Shown piece by piece: positions 54,601 through 63,333 of a stretch of 64,000 nt of DNA. Position 1 is the first letter of the stretch. Each line of letters starts with the position of its first letter. The stretch is from contig OZ244070.1 of assembly GCA_965215605.1 (NCBI GenBank), forward strand, positions 416,001 to 480,000, written 5' to 3'. The stretch is from an uncultured Candidatus Binatia bacterium. GTDB taxonomy: Bacteria > Desulfobacterota > Binatia > UBA9968 > JAJDTQ01. The notes beneath the pieces were generated by a model. The model saw only the letters and a program-made list of their open reading frames with translations. It was not told the origin of the DNA and made no database searches. The position numbers and the translations under genes were made by a program.

Positions 54601-55168
54601 TCTGCCGGGTCTGGTCCATCTTCCGCTCCGCCGCTTCCCTCCGGCGCTTGAACCGGCTCGTGCCCGCGGCCTCTTCGATGATGCGCCGGCGGTCCTCGGG
54701 CTTGGCGTTCACCAACTCCTCGACCCGTCCCTGGCCGATGATGGAGTACGACTTGTTGCCGACGCCCGTCCCCATGAAGAGTTCGACAACGTCACGCAAG
54801 CGACAGGGGCTGCGGTTGATGGAATACTCGGACTCGCCCGAGCGAAAGAGCCGCCGCGTCACCGCGATCTCGCTGAAGGTACGGTAGTCGCCCGCGGCGC
54901 TGTGGTCGGAGTTGTCCAGTAGCGCGGTGACTTCGGCCATGCCGATGGCCGCCAGCCGTTCGCTGCCATTGAAGATGACGTCCTCCATCGTCTGGCCGCG
55001 CAGGTACCGGGCGCTTTGCTCGCCCATGGCCCATCGCAATGCGTCGACAACGTTGGATTTGCCGCAACCGTTGGGTCCGACGATGGCTGTGACGTCCGAG
55101 GTGAAGTCGAGGACAGTCTTATCCGCGAAAGACTTGAAGCCGGAGATTTCCAGTGCTTTCAGGCGCAT
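51611..55168 (-). CDS. smc: Chromosome segregation protein SMC
   Basis: GFKSFAD, GPNGCGKSN, coiled coils plus hinge, LSGGEK, LDEVDAPLD. Confidence 0.97.
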   Translation of the reverse strand: MRLKALEISGFKSFADKTVLDFTSDVTAIVGPNGCGKSNVVDALRWAMGEQSARYLRGQTMEDVIFNGSERLAAIGMAEVTALLDNSDHSAAGDYRTFSEIAVTRRLFRSGESEYSINRSPCRLRDVVELFMGTGVGNKSYSIIGQGRVEELVNAKPEDRRRIIEEAAGTSRFKRRREAAERKMDQTRQNLLRVDDILREVERQLHKIELQAKRAERYRNLREQLQGKALRLAAVRRQGLEREIAERGAEMKAVDDRITSLTATVRAREAENESARGALLELDNEIAAAQERLYQRRLEVSGEEQRIEFLEREESELKESVRRLEAEAVDTGARLERVSAEITALEQSSEEFAGLAVLEAERVERADLEVSGLRARIRELQGEVEGERGLLVERMAAHAQLTNGRQVHQERLERLKADSADKETERLAVGQELEALVDRRSRGSVEFDRCKARASEMEESLRRTETDLEGARSDLAEREEALARLKEELQEARSVMGSLETLQRNFEGYQEGVRAVMQKHQGNGASDGVCGVVADFVEAPEEMEKALTAVLGERLQYVVVQGHKDGVEAIEYLKQESAGRGGFIPRRFERSSGAAAVTLSAPEVIAPLLGLVEVKDGYSEVADYLLGDVAVVKDLETGLGLWRANGFSHSLVTLDGEVIDPMGVVTGGSVESLEGNPITRRRRVKELKREVAAGEARVRCQEGLVGESRSRSQCLALERERLTEEVGDLALAKVRLEQELLRTGGDIERLRQDLATIDQELSNTSKEVAALDGTVTATDEAIAESARERLALDGRLQGLQASWRQSEQELQTAEARLTESRVRADVAKEKAENSRSNLENRVSLRDDLAAQLDERKAHIAEMSQRAAEMRTSRDQSRSRIENLKARLDEAEEEAAARQQEYEGLSKRVREVEEAIHLIRPDIEARQQDRARLELSRSERSMELGHIGDDLRDKYGVELAEVPPATDEESASAGDLQEEVAELRTRLQRMGEVNLAAIGEFEELTERSRFMTAQREDLERSMALLQQTITKLNRICRLRFKESFEEINREFQAIFPRLFDGGTASLTLTDENDYLETGVDIVAQPPGKRLQSISLLSGGEKALTAVSLLFAIFLTKPSPFCFLDEVDAPLDDVNLERFIDIVKEMTRLSQFMIITHNKRTMLAADVLYGVTMEDPGVSKLVSVEML

Positions 55169-55254
55169 ACGACGAATCCCGCAGTCCGAACACCTGCCGG
55201 CGCAACCGCCGACGCGAGGCATCCATCGCATTTATTTCACACGCGAGGGTTTGA

Positions 55255-55315
55255 TGTCAAGCAAGAGTCACAACATGGAGTGATGGTCGGCATCTTCCAC
55301 CACAACATGTTGGAG
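55255..55315 (-). promoter_or_regulatory. smc promoter -35 and tandem NrdR-box-like operators
   Basis: TTGACA 55260-55255; TCACAACATGGAGTGA (55268) and CCACAACATGTTGGAG (55300), 32 bp apart. Confidence 0.6.
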
Positions 55316-55328
55316 TTGAGGGAACGCC

Positions 55329-55925
55329 TTACTCCTCCAACAGCGTGGTGTTCCAGTAGGAGGCATCGACGGTGGAGAGGAACGGGAGCCACTCGCGGTA
55401 GCGGAGATTCCCTTCCCCCTCCTGGATGAACGGGGTCCAGGTGGGTTTGTACGGCTGGTGCAACAGCTTCATCCTGGCTTCCTGGGGCGTGCGCCCGCCT
55501 TTCTTCCGGTTGCACGGGACGCACGAGCAGACCACGTTCTCCCACCGGGAGGTGCCTCCGCGGGAGCGCGGGATCACGTGGTCCAGGTTGAGGTGGTGGC
55601 GTGGGAGCCTCTTGCCGCAGTACTGGCACGTGGACTTGTCGCGCGCATAGATGTTGTAACGGCTGAACCGCACCTGCCGCCGGGGCACCCGGTCGTACCG
55701 TACCAGGAGGATCACGCGCGGCACGCGGACGACGTGGTCGACCAGGCCGACGGTTTCCTCGTGAACCGAGACGGACAGGTCGCTCCACCCCTCGAAGTCG
55801 AAGGTCTGGTACCTTTCGTTGACGACCTTGGCGATGCCCAGATACAGCAGCGTAAAGGCCCTGCGGACCGAGGTGACGTGTATCGGAAGATACGAACGAT
55901 TCAACATCAGCACCTTGGTGTGCAT
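55329..55925 (-). CDS. HNH endonuclease (McrA-like)
   Basis: RDKSTCQYCG, DHVIPRSRGG, WENVVCSCVPCNRKKG. Confidence 0.92.
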   Translation of the reverse strand: MHTKVLMLNRSYLPIHVTSVRRAFTLLYLGIAKVVNERYQTFDFEGWSDLSVSVHEETVGLVDHVVRVPRVILLVRYDRVPRRQVRFSRYNIYARDKSTCQYCGKRLPRHHLNLDHVIPRSRGGTSRWENVVCSCVPCNRKKGGRTPQEARMKLLHQPYKPTWTPFIQEGEGNLRYREWLPFLSTVDASYWNTTLLEE

Positions 55926-56078
55926 CGGAGAACCGCCCAGCCCGGCGGTGCCCGGATCCCCTTCCCAAGGCATACCGTCATTCACAACGGCCCGAGATCG
56001 AATCATCCCGTTTTATCGCCCTTTGCACCCGGCTTGTCAAACAAGTGGGGGACGCGCGCGTGGCGGGCGGGCCGCAAC

Positions 56079-56107
56079 TTGCCATTTGTCGTCAACTGGC
56101 CTATTCT
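56079..56107 (+). promoter_or_regulatory. Putative sigma70 promoter for rng
   Basis: TTGCCA-17nt-TATTCT. Confidence 0.55.
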
Positions 56108-56236
56108 CAATGGAAATCGAAAGCTTGCGTCGTGCCGCACGAGAACCATTCAGCCAACCCGCGGGCTCTTCTCGCCGTCCGTGGATCCTATGCCGGCGCC
56201 CTTCTCCCTTTGAGCGAGCCCGCAACGACCTGACCC

Positions 56237-57739
56237 ATGAGACGGATCCTCATAAACACCACTCCACAGGAAAACCGCATCGCCGTGATGGAGGACAACG
56301 GCTTGGCCGAGTTCCTCATCGAACGGAACCAGGAAAAGGGCTGCGTCGGCAACATCTACAAGGGGCGCGTCGGTCGCGTGCTCCCCGGCATGCAGGCCGC
56401 ATTCGTGGAAATCGGCCTGGAGAAGGCCGCCTTCCTCCACGCTTCGGACATCCACTCGCCGTCGGCCCCGTTGCCCGCGGCCATCGACGACGCCGACGAC
56501 GAGATCCTGCTTGAACCCGCCCCCAACACCGGCCAGCTCCGGATCGAACAGCACCTCAGCCCGGATCAGGAGATCCTGGTCCAGGTCGCCAAGGACCCCT
56601 TGGGAATGAAGGGCGCCCGAATCACCACCCACATATCCCTGCCCGGCCGCTTCCTGGTGTTCATGCCCGACACCGGCCACGTCGCGGTCTCCCGCAAGAT
56701 CGAGGACGAGAAGGAGCGGCAGCGCCTGAAGGAGATCGTCCAGGAACTGGCCGGGGAGGATGAAGGCTTCATCATCCGGACCGCCTGCGAGGGGCGCAAC
56801 AAGAAGGATATTCAGAGCGACGTCCGCTTCCTGACCAAGCTCTGGAGCCGGATACGGCAACGGCTTGAATCGGCGGCCACGCCCGAGTTGATCCATCAGG
56901 ATCTGGATCTCGTCCCGCGGACCATTCGCGATTTCTTCAACGCCGCCACCGAGGAAGTGGTGGTGGACGACGCCAGGGAATATCGGCGGGTGGTGGAGTT
57001 CGTGCGGCAGTTCATGCCGCGTCTCAAGGGACGGGTGGTGCTGTACGACGGGCCCGAGCCGTTGCTCGACCGCTACGAGGTCGAGCGCAAGATCCGAAAG
57101 GCGCTGGAATCCAAGATCTGGCTGAGTTCGGGCGGATACATCAACATCGATCAGACCGAGGCTCTGACCGCGGTGGACGTGAACACCGGGAGGTACGTGG
57201 GGAAGAAGGACCTCGAGGCCACCGTGTTCAAGATCAACCTCGAGGCCGCCCGCGAGGTCGTGCATCAACTGCGGCTACGGAACGTGGGCGGCATCATTAT
57301 CATCGACTTCATCGACATGGCGCAGGCCGCCAACCGGAAGAAGATCTACGACGCGCTGAAGGAAGCGGTCAAGGAAGACAGGGCCAAGACCAGGGTTCTT
57401 CCCATCTCCCGGCTCGGACTCGTGGAGATGACCCGGCAGCGCACCCGCGAGAACCTGGGCAACGTCCTGTTGCGTCCGTGTCCCTACTGCACCGGCCGTG
57501 GCCGGATCAAGTCCGAGCCCACGATCGCGTACGAAATCCTGCGCGGCATCAAGCGCGAGAGTCTCCAACTGCACAACGGCAGCCGCATCACCGTGCATGT
57601 ACACCCGGGTATCGCCAATTTCCTGTACGACGAGGCCAACGAAGGGCTGGAGGCGCTGGAACGCGAGATCGATCGCCAGGTCATCATCAAGGCCAATCCG
57701 GAACTGCACCAGGAGGCCTACGAGATCAAAACGGCCTGA
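56237..57739 (+). CDS. rng: Ribonuclease G/E family (RNase G length)
   Basis: GNIYKGRV, S1 domain, DVNTG, LRNVGGIIIIDFIDM, CPYC. Confidence 0.93.
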   Translation: MRRILINTTPQENRIAVMEDNGLAEFLIERNQEKGCVGNIYKGRVGRVLPGMQAAFVEIGLEKAAFLHASDIHSPSAPLPAAIDDADDEILLEPAPNTGQLRIEQHLSPDQEILVQVAKDPLGMKGARITTHISLPGRFLVFMPDTGHVAVSRKIEDEKERQRLKEIVQELAGEDEGFIIRTACEGRNKKDIQSDVRFLTKLWSRIRQRLESAATPELIHQDLDLVPRTIRDFFNAATEEVVVDDAREYRRVVEFVRQFMPRLKGRVVLYDGPEPLLDRYEVERKIRKALESKIWLSSGGYINIDQTEALTAVDVNTGRYVGKKDLEATVFKINLEAAREVVHQLRLRNVGGIIIIDFIDMAQAANRKKIYDALKEAVKEDRAKTRVLPISRLGLVEMTRQRTRENLGNVLLRPCPYCTGRGRIKSEPTIAYEILRGIKRESLQLHNGSRITVHVHPGIANFLYDEANEGLEALEREIDRQVIIKANPELHQEAYEIKTA

Positions 57740-57784
57740 GAGCCGGTCGAGTCATCGAATACCGGCGAGATACGATTCTTCGAC

Positions 57785-57848
57785 TTAACGTGATTGTAAC
57801 GCCGACGTAACGCGATCCGCCGACATTCAACGGCAACATGATCATAAC
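57785..57848 (+). promoter_or_regulatory. Pho-box-like 11-bp direct repeats
   Basis: TTAAC 57785, GTAAC 57796, GTAAC 57807; GCAAC 57833, ATAAC 57844; upstream of phoU-phoB-phoR. Confidence 0.6.
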
Positions 57849-57879
57849 AACGGGTGCTGGCTATATCCGGAGGCCGCCC

Positions 57880-58566
57880 ATGCGTCCCGAACACACCGAT
57901 CGCAAGTACGAGGAAGAACTCAAGTCGCTTCGCGACAGGATCATCCAGATGGGCGGCCTGGTGGAGGACCAGATCGACCGGTCCATCAAGGCCTTGGTGG
58001 ACCGCGAGGCGGCGCTGGCCGAGTCCGTCATCGAGCGGGATGCCGAGGTCAATCGGATGGACGCCGACATCGACGAGCTGTGCGTGCGTTTGATCGCGCT
58101 GCATCAGCCTGCGGGCAAGGACCTCCGGTTCGTGACCACCGCCCTGAAGATCACCACCGACCTGGAACGAATCGGAGACATCTCGGTGAACATATCGGAG
58201 CGGTCGCTGGAGTTGATCCGCGAAGTGCCGCTCAAACCCTACATCGACATCCCCCGCATGGCGGAGATCTCCAGGCGGATGATATCCGAGAGCCTCAACG
58301 CCTTCGTGCACGAGGACACTTCGCTGGCGCTCAAGGTCTGTCAGGACGACCAGGAGATCGACGATCTGAACGAGCAGATCTTTCGCGAAACGGTGTCGTA
58401 CATGATCTCGGAGCCCCGCACCATCAACCGCGCCATGAAGATCACCTTTGTTTCCAAGTACCTGGAACGCATCGCCGACCACGCCACCAACATCGCCGAA
58501 ATGGTCATCTTCCTGGTCAAGGGGACCAGCATTCGCCACGTCAAGGAAGTACCCCGTTTCATTTGA
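57880..58566 (+). CDS. phoU: Phosphate signalling protein PhoU
   Basis: QPAGKDLR, DLERIGD, LERIADHATNIAE. Confidence 0.95.
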   Translation: MRPEHTDRKYEEELKSLRDRIIQMGGLVEDQIDRSIKALVDREAALAESVIERDAEVNRMDADIDELCVRLIALHQPAGKDLRFVTTALKITTDLERIGDISVNISERSLELIREVPLKPYIDIPRMAEISRRMISESLNAFVHEDTSLALKVCQDDQEIDDLNEQIFRETVSYMISEPRTINRAMKITFVSKYLERIADHATNIAEMVIFLVKGTSIRHVKEVPRFI

Positions 58567-58586
58567 ACCGTGCCCGGAGAGGTCGC

Positions 58587-59297
58587 ATGGCGGACAAGAT
58601 CCTCGTGGTCGAAGACGAGGCGGACATACGCAAGCTGGTCGCGTACCACCTGAACCAGGAGCGCTTCCCGGTGCTTGAAGCCGAGAACGGCGAAGACGCG
58701 CTGGAACTGGTGCACAAGGAGACGCCGCGCCTGATCATGCTGGACCTGATGCTGCCGAGCCTCTCCGGCCTCGAGTTCTGCAAGATCATCCGGCAGAATC
58801 CCGAAACGGCACAGACGCCGATCCTCATGCTCACCGCCAAGGCGGGCGAGGCGGATCGGGTGGTGGGCCTGGAACTCGGCGCCGACGACTACATCACGAA
58901 ACCCTTCAGCCCCCGGGAGATGGTGGCGCGGGTCAAGGCCGTGTTGCGGCGAACCGAATCGCCGACCTCACCCGACCTGGCGGACGTCTACGAGAAGGGT
59001 CCTTTGAAGGTCAATTTCACGACCTACGAGGTGCAGCTGGCGGGCCGGCCGGTCAAGCTCACCCTCAAGGGCTTTGAACTTCTCCGCTTTCTCATCCAGA
59101 ATCGCAATCGGGTACTGAGCCGTGACCAGATCCTGGACGGCGTGTGGCGGTCCGACGTCTATGTGACGCCGCGCACGGTGGACGTGCACATCCGAAGAAT
59201 TCGGGAAGCCCTGGAGCAGGACGACCGCAACACCGGCTGGATCGTCACCGTACGCGGCGTCGGCTACAAGCTGGATGAGAGATCCCTTCAGACGTAA
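58587..59297 (+). CDS. phoB: OmpR/PhoB family response regulator
   Basis: VVEDE, LDLMLP, GADDYITKPFS, RTVDVHIRR, TVRGVGY; flanked by phoU and phoR. Confidence 0.88.
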   Translation: MADKILVVEDEADIRKLVAYHLNQERFPVLEAENGEDALELVHKETPRLIMLDLMLPSLSGLEFCKIIRQNPETAQTPILMLTAKAGEADRVVGLELGADDYITKPFSPREMVARVKAVLRRTESPTSPDLADVYEKGPLKVNFTTYEVQLAGRPVKLTLKGFELLRFLIQNRNRVLSRDQILDGVWRSDVYVTPRTVDVHIRRIREALEQDDRNTGWIVTVRGVGYKLDERSLQT

Positions 59298-59301
59298 CGC
59301 C

Positions 59302-60756
59302 ATGGCCAAGCGGGGCTTCGTCTATCTCTCCGTCACCCTCCTGGCGCTGGCCTTCGCCTACTCCTGGTACACGACTTCACCGACGGCCGGCGGCTCGCCG
59401 GACACGGCGAACGGGTGGTTGCCGGCCGCCCTCGGGGCGGCCCTTGCCATCGTGCTGCTAGCGGCCTCGGGATGGCTCCGCCGGGCCCGGAATCGCGTGG
59501 CCGACATGGCCGCGTTCTGCCGGGAAGCGGGCCGCGAGTGCCCCTCCGGCAAGGCGCTTCCGGTTCGGCGCCGCGACGATCTGGGGATGTTGGAGGAGAG
59601 CCTCAACGATCTCGCGCGAACGCTTTCCGGCCGCCTCCAGGACGTCACGGCCGAAAGAGAGAAACTGCAATCCATCCTCAGTTGCATGATGGAGGGCGTG
59701 ATCGTGCTGGACACCAACGGCAAGGTCATCCTCGTCAACCAGATGGCTGAGACCCTGTTCAAGCTGCCGCCGGACACCAGCGTCATGGGCATGTCGACCG
59801 TGGAGGTCTCGCGTCATCCGGAGATGCATGCCCTCATCCGCGAGGTGGTGGGAAGCGACACCCGCGATGCCCTCCACCGGGAGCTGACCCTCGGAGAAGA
59901 CCGCTGGTTCGCGGTCAACGCGGCCGGGCTGGAGGACTCGCTGCAGAACCTCGTCGGCTACGTTTTGGTGTTTCACGAGGTCACCGAGTTGAAACGGCTG
60001 GAAAGGATGCGCGCCGATTTTGTCGCCAACGTGTCTCACGAGATGCGCACGCCCCTCACCGCCATACAGGGCTATGCCGAGACACTCCTGCACAACCCGC
60101 CCCGCGACTCCAGGATGGAGCGACAGTTCCTGGACATCGTGGCGCGCCACTCCGAGCGCCTGGGGCGCCTCATCGACGACCTGCTGGCCCTGTCCGACCT
60201 CGAGATGGGCAACGTCAACATGCGGATGCAGGGCGTCGGCGCCAGGCCTCTGCTGGACCGTGTCCTCGACCTCTTCAGCGATCAGGCGGACAAGAAACGC
60301 ATCCGTCTGCGGGCCGAAGTCGCCCCGGATACCCCGGACATCCTCGGCGACGAGGACCGTCTCCAGCAGTTGCTCATCAACCTCATCGACAACGCCCTCA
60401 AGTACACCCCCGAACATGGCGACGTGCTGGTCTCCGCGCGCGGCGAGCCCGCGGCCGCCGGTCAATCGCCGGCCGTGGCCCTGACGGTGGCGGACACCGG
60501 GTGCGGCATCCCGGACAAGGATCTGCCACGGCTCACGGAGCGGTTCTATCGAGTGGACAAGGCACGCTCCCGGGAGCTCGGCGGAACCGGACTGGGCCTC
60601 GCCATCGTCAAGCATATCGTCCAGGCACACGGCGGCCTCCTGAAGATCGACAGCGGGATCGGAAAGGGCACGCGGGTCGCGATCTACCTGCAGTGCGCCG
60701 CCGGAGCGGATTCCACGCAGCCCCACCACGCCCCGAGAACGATCGGAGTCGCCTGA
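59302..60756 (+). CDS. phoR: Sensor histidine kinase PhoR (TM-HAMP-PAS-HisKA-HATPase)
   Basis: DFVANVSHEMRTPLT, NLIDNALKY, ERFYRVDKARSRELGGTGLGLAIVKH. Confidence 0.9.
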   Translation: MAKRGFVYLSVTLLALAFAYSWYTTSPTAGGSPDTANGWLPAALGAALAIVLLAASGWLRRARNRVADMAAFCREAGRECPSGKALPVRRRDDLGMLEESLNDLARTLSGRLQDVTAEREKLQSILSCMMEGVIVLDTNGKVILVNQMAETLFKLPPDTSVMGMSTVEVSRHPEMHALIREVVGSDTRDALHRELTLGEDRWFAVNAAGLEDSLQNLVGYVLVFHEVTELKRLERMRADFVANVSHEMRTPLTAIQGYAETLLHNPPRDSRMERQFLDIVARHSERLGRLIDDLLALSDLEMGNVNMRMQGVGARPLLDRVLDLFSDQADKKRIRLRAEVAPDTPDILGDEDRLQQLLINLIDNALKYTPEHGDVLVSARGEPAAAGQSPAVALTVADTGCGIPDKDLPRLTERFYRVDKARSRELGGTGLGLAIVKHIVQAHGGLLKIDSGIGKGTRVAIYLQCAAGADSTQPHHAPRTIGVA

Positions 60757-60805
60757 CGCGCGGGCGCTTTCTCTGCCCGAAAGACGCGCACCACCCTGTT
60801 TTTAC

Positions 60806-60834
60806 TTGCAAATGTAACGGACATCCCGTAGTCT
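60806..60834 (+). promoter_or_regulatory. Putative sigma70 promoter
   Basis: TTGCAA-17nt-TAGTCT. Confidence 0.5.
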
Positions 60835-60900
60835 GCCGGGTTATTGTATCCATGTGCGGGCCACAGCGCCCGTCACCCACCCGCTAACCAGGAGAAATCG

Positions 60901-62271
60901 ATGGAAGGGAAGAAAGTCGGCATTACCGAAACCGTGCTCAGAGACGCACACCAGTCGCTGCTGGCGACGCGCATGCGTACCGAGGACATGCTGCCCATCG
61001 CCCATGACCTCGACAAGATCGGCTTCTGGTCGGTGGAGATGTGGGGCGGCGCCACATTCGATGCCTGCCTCCGGTATCTGAACGAAGACCCCTGGGACCG
61101 CTTGCGGTTGATCCGCGAGGCCATGCCCAATACCCGGCTGCAGATGTTGCTTCGAGGCCAGAACATCGTCGGATACCACAACTATCCGGACGACGCCGTC
61201 GAGTACTTCATCGAGAAGTCTGCCGGGAACGGCATCGATGTCTTCAGGGTGTTCGACGCCATGAACGACATCCGCAACATGAAGACCTCCATGGAGGCGG
61301 TGAAGCGCACGGGAAAGACGCTGGAGGCCGCGGTATCGTACACCATCAGCCCGGTCCACTCGCTGCAATACTTCGTCGACTTCGCGGAGAAGCTCGTGGA
61401 CGCCGGCACCGACGTGCTGGCCGTCAAGGACATGGCCGGTCTGCTGTCCCCCTATGTGGCCCAGGAGCTCATCGGCGCATTGAAGAAGCGCTTCGACATC
61501 CCGGTCCACCTTCACTCCCATTGCACCACCGGCATGGCGCAGATGGCCTACATCATGGCGGTGGAAGCGGGGGTGGACATCATCGACACCGCCATCTCCA
61601 CGCTGTCACACGGCACCTCCCAACCGGCCACGGAGGCGGTGGTGGTGGCTCTCAAGGGCACCCCTTACGACACCGGGCTCGACCTGCCGGCGCTCGCCCG
61701 GGTCGCCGAATACTTCACCGAAGTGCGCGGCAAGTACAGCGAGTTCGAGAGCCCCATCAGCAATCGCGTCAACGCCGACATCGTCGAGTCGCAGATCCCC
61801 GGCGGCATGCTCTCGAACCTGGTGACCCAATTGCGGCAACAGAATGCCGAGAAACGGCTCGACGAGGTGCTCCAGGAAGTGCAGGCGGTCCGCCGGGACC
61901 TCGGCTACCCGCCGCTGGTGACCCCCACCAGCCAGATCGTCGGCTCCCAGGCCACGCTCAACGTCCTCACCGGCAAGCGCTACGCCGTGGTGACCATGGA
62001 AGTGCGCAACTACGTCATGGGACACTACGGCGAACCGCCGGGCGCGGTGAGCGAGGAGATGAAGGCCATGGTCCTGGGAAAGAAGGAACCCATCCATTGC
62101 CGTCCCGCCGACCTGCTGAAGCCCAGGATCGAGGAGGCCCGCAAGGAGATCGGCGACCTCGCGGCCACCGAGGAAGACCTGCTCTCCTACACGCTGTTCC
62201 CGGAGGTCGCCAAGGACTACTTCGAGTGGCGGGGCCAGCAGGACGCCTCGGCGGCCGGAGCGTCGGCGTAA
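60901..62271 (+). CDS. Pyruvate/oxaloacetate carboxyltransferase (PycB/OadA/transcarboxylase 5S-like), no biotinyl domain
   Basis: LRDAHQSL, WGGATFD, MLLRGQN, KDMAG, HSH, IPGGMLSN, LVTPTSQIVG; ends without an MKM motif. Confidence 0.9.
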   Translation: MEGKKVGITETVLRDAHQSLLATRMRTEDMLPIAHDLDKIGFWSVEMWGGATFDACLRYLNEDPWDRLRLIREAMPNTRLQMLLRGQNIVGYHNYPDDAVEYFIEKSAGNGIDVFRVFDAMNDIRNMKTSMEAVKRTGKTLEAAVSYTISPVHSLQYFVDFAEKLVDAGTDVLAVKDMAGLLSPYVAQELIGALKKRFDIPVHLHSHCTTGMAQMAYIMAVEAGVDIIDTAISTLSHGTSQPATEAVVVALKGTPYDTGLDLPALARVAEYFTEVRGKYSEFESPISNRVNADIVESQIPGGMLSNLVTQLRQQNAEKRLDEVLQEVQAVRRDLGYPPLVTPTSQIVGSQATLNVLTGKRYAVVTMEVRNYVMGHYGEPPGAVSEEMKAMVLGKKEPIHCRPADLLKPRIEEARKEIGDLAATEEDLLSYTLFPEVAKDYFEWRGQQDASAAGASA

Positions 62272-62299
62272 TCCCGCCAACAGTCCGGATCAGAACGAA

Positions 62300-63196
62300 T
62301 CACAGATAACCCGCATCCCGATACGCCCTCAGCGCACCGGGATGCAACGGAACCCCCTCCAATTCCAATGCTGCCGGCCCATCCGTCCGAAGCGGTTCGT
62401 AGAGGCCGGCGAGACCCTCGAAAAGGGGGTTGAGCCGCGCCAGCGCGCCGCTGTTCGCCACCAGCGTGGCGACGAACTCGTAGACGAGTTCCTCGGCCAC
62501 GCGTTCGTGGGTTACCAGGACGTTCAGCACCGCAAGCTGAGGGATGTCCTCCTCCACGCCCGTGAACACGCCGCGGCGCATCACGACCCGCCGGTAGAAG
62601 AACACCTTCGACAACACCTGCTCGATCTGTTCCTCCCGGTACGGGACCACCTTGACCCGGGCCCGCCGGCTCAGGTCCGTCATCACCGCGTTGGGGATCG
62701 GGCATTGGAACTGGACGTCCACTTCCCCCGCCACCAACGCGTCGGCCCCCTCGGGGAAGCCGAGGTAGACGGGCGTGAAGTCGGAGAACGGAACATCCAA
62801 CGCGTCGCAGAGGGTGTGGACGTGTTGGGTCATGCCGCTGTCCCTGGCTCCCACCGCCACCCGTTTGCCGGCAAGGTCATCGACGTTTTCCACGGGCGTA
62901 TCGGCCAGCGCGACGAAGAAGATGGGGCCGGCGTTGGCCGGCGACACCATGCGCAGGCCGATGGGGTGTTCGAACGGCGCCGCCCCCCGTCCGGCCCGGG
63001 GAACCCAGTTGGAGGCCATGAAGCCGAACTCGATCTCACCGCGGTCCAGCCGGTTGGCGTTGTCGATGCTCGCCGAGCTCCGGGTGAGCTCGCAGCGTTC
63101 CCGCGGCGGCCGGGACTCGTTGAAGACCTCGGCAATGGCCATGCCCTGGGTGTCGAACGTGCCGCCGGTGTCTGCCGTCCCGATTCTGAAAACCAT
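62300..63196 (-). CDS. TAXI family solute-receptor-like protein lacking a signal peptide
   Basis: IGTADTGGTF, SIDN, DLAGKRVAVGARDSG, PLHPGALRAY; SD GGAGG before ATG 63196. Confidence 0.82.
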   Translation of the reverse strand: MVFRIGTADTGGTFDTQGMAIAEVFNESRPPRERCELTRSSASIDNANRLDRGEIEFGFMASNWVPRAGRGAAPFEHPIGLRMVSPANAGPIFFVALADTPVENVDDLAGKRVAVGARDSGMTQHVHTLCDALDVPFSDFTPVYLGFPEGADALVAGEVDVQFQCPIPNAVMTDLSRRARVKVVPYREEQIEQVLSKVFFYRRVVMRRGVFTGVEEDIPQLAVLNVLVTHERVAEELVYEFVATLVANSGALARLNPLFEGLAGLYEPLRTDGPAALELEGVPLHPGALRAYRDAGYL

Positions 63197-63293
63197 CGCA
63201 TACCTCCGCCTGTTTGATGACCCCCTCCCGCGCGAAGGCGGTGGAGCCTTTATGCCCCATGCGCCGCCCGGTGTCATCCACCGCCCATTCGCC

Positions 63294-63322
63294 TTGACTC
63301 GGTTGCCCCCACCCTCTATGAC
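63294..63322 (+). promoter_or_regulatory. Putative sigma70 promoter for MFS gene
   Basis: TTGACT-17nt-TATGAC directly before the start codons. Confidence 0.45.
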
Positions 63323-63333
63323 TCATGACACCC

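Noticed and set aside
46589-54922. 753-aa and 630-aa + strand ORFs
   Set aside because: Antisense shadows of tyrS/rny and smc.
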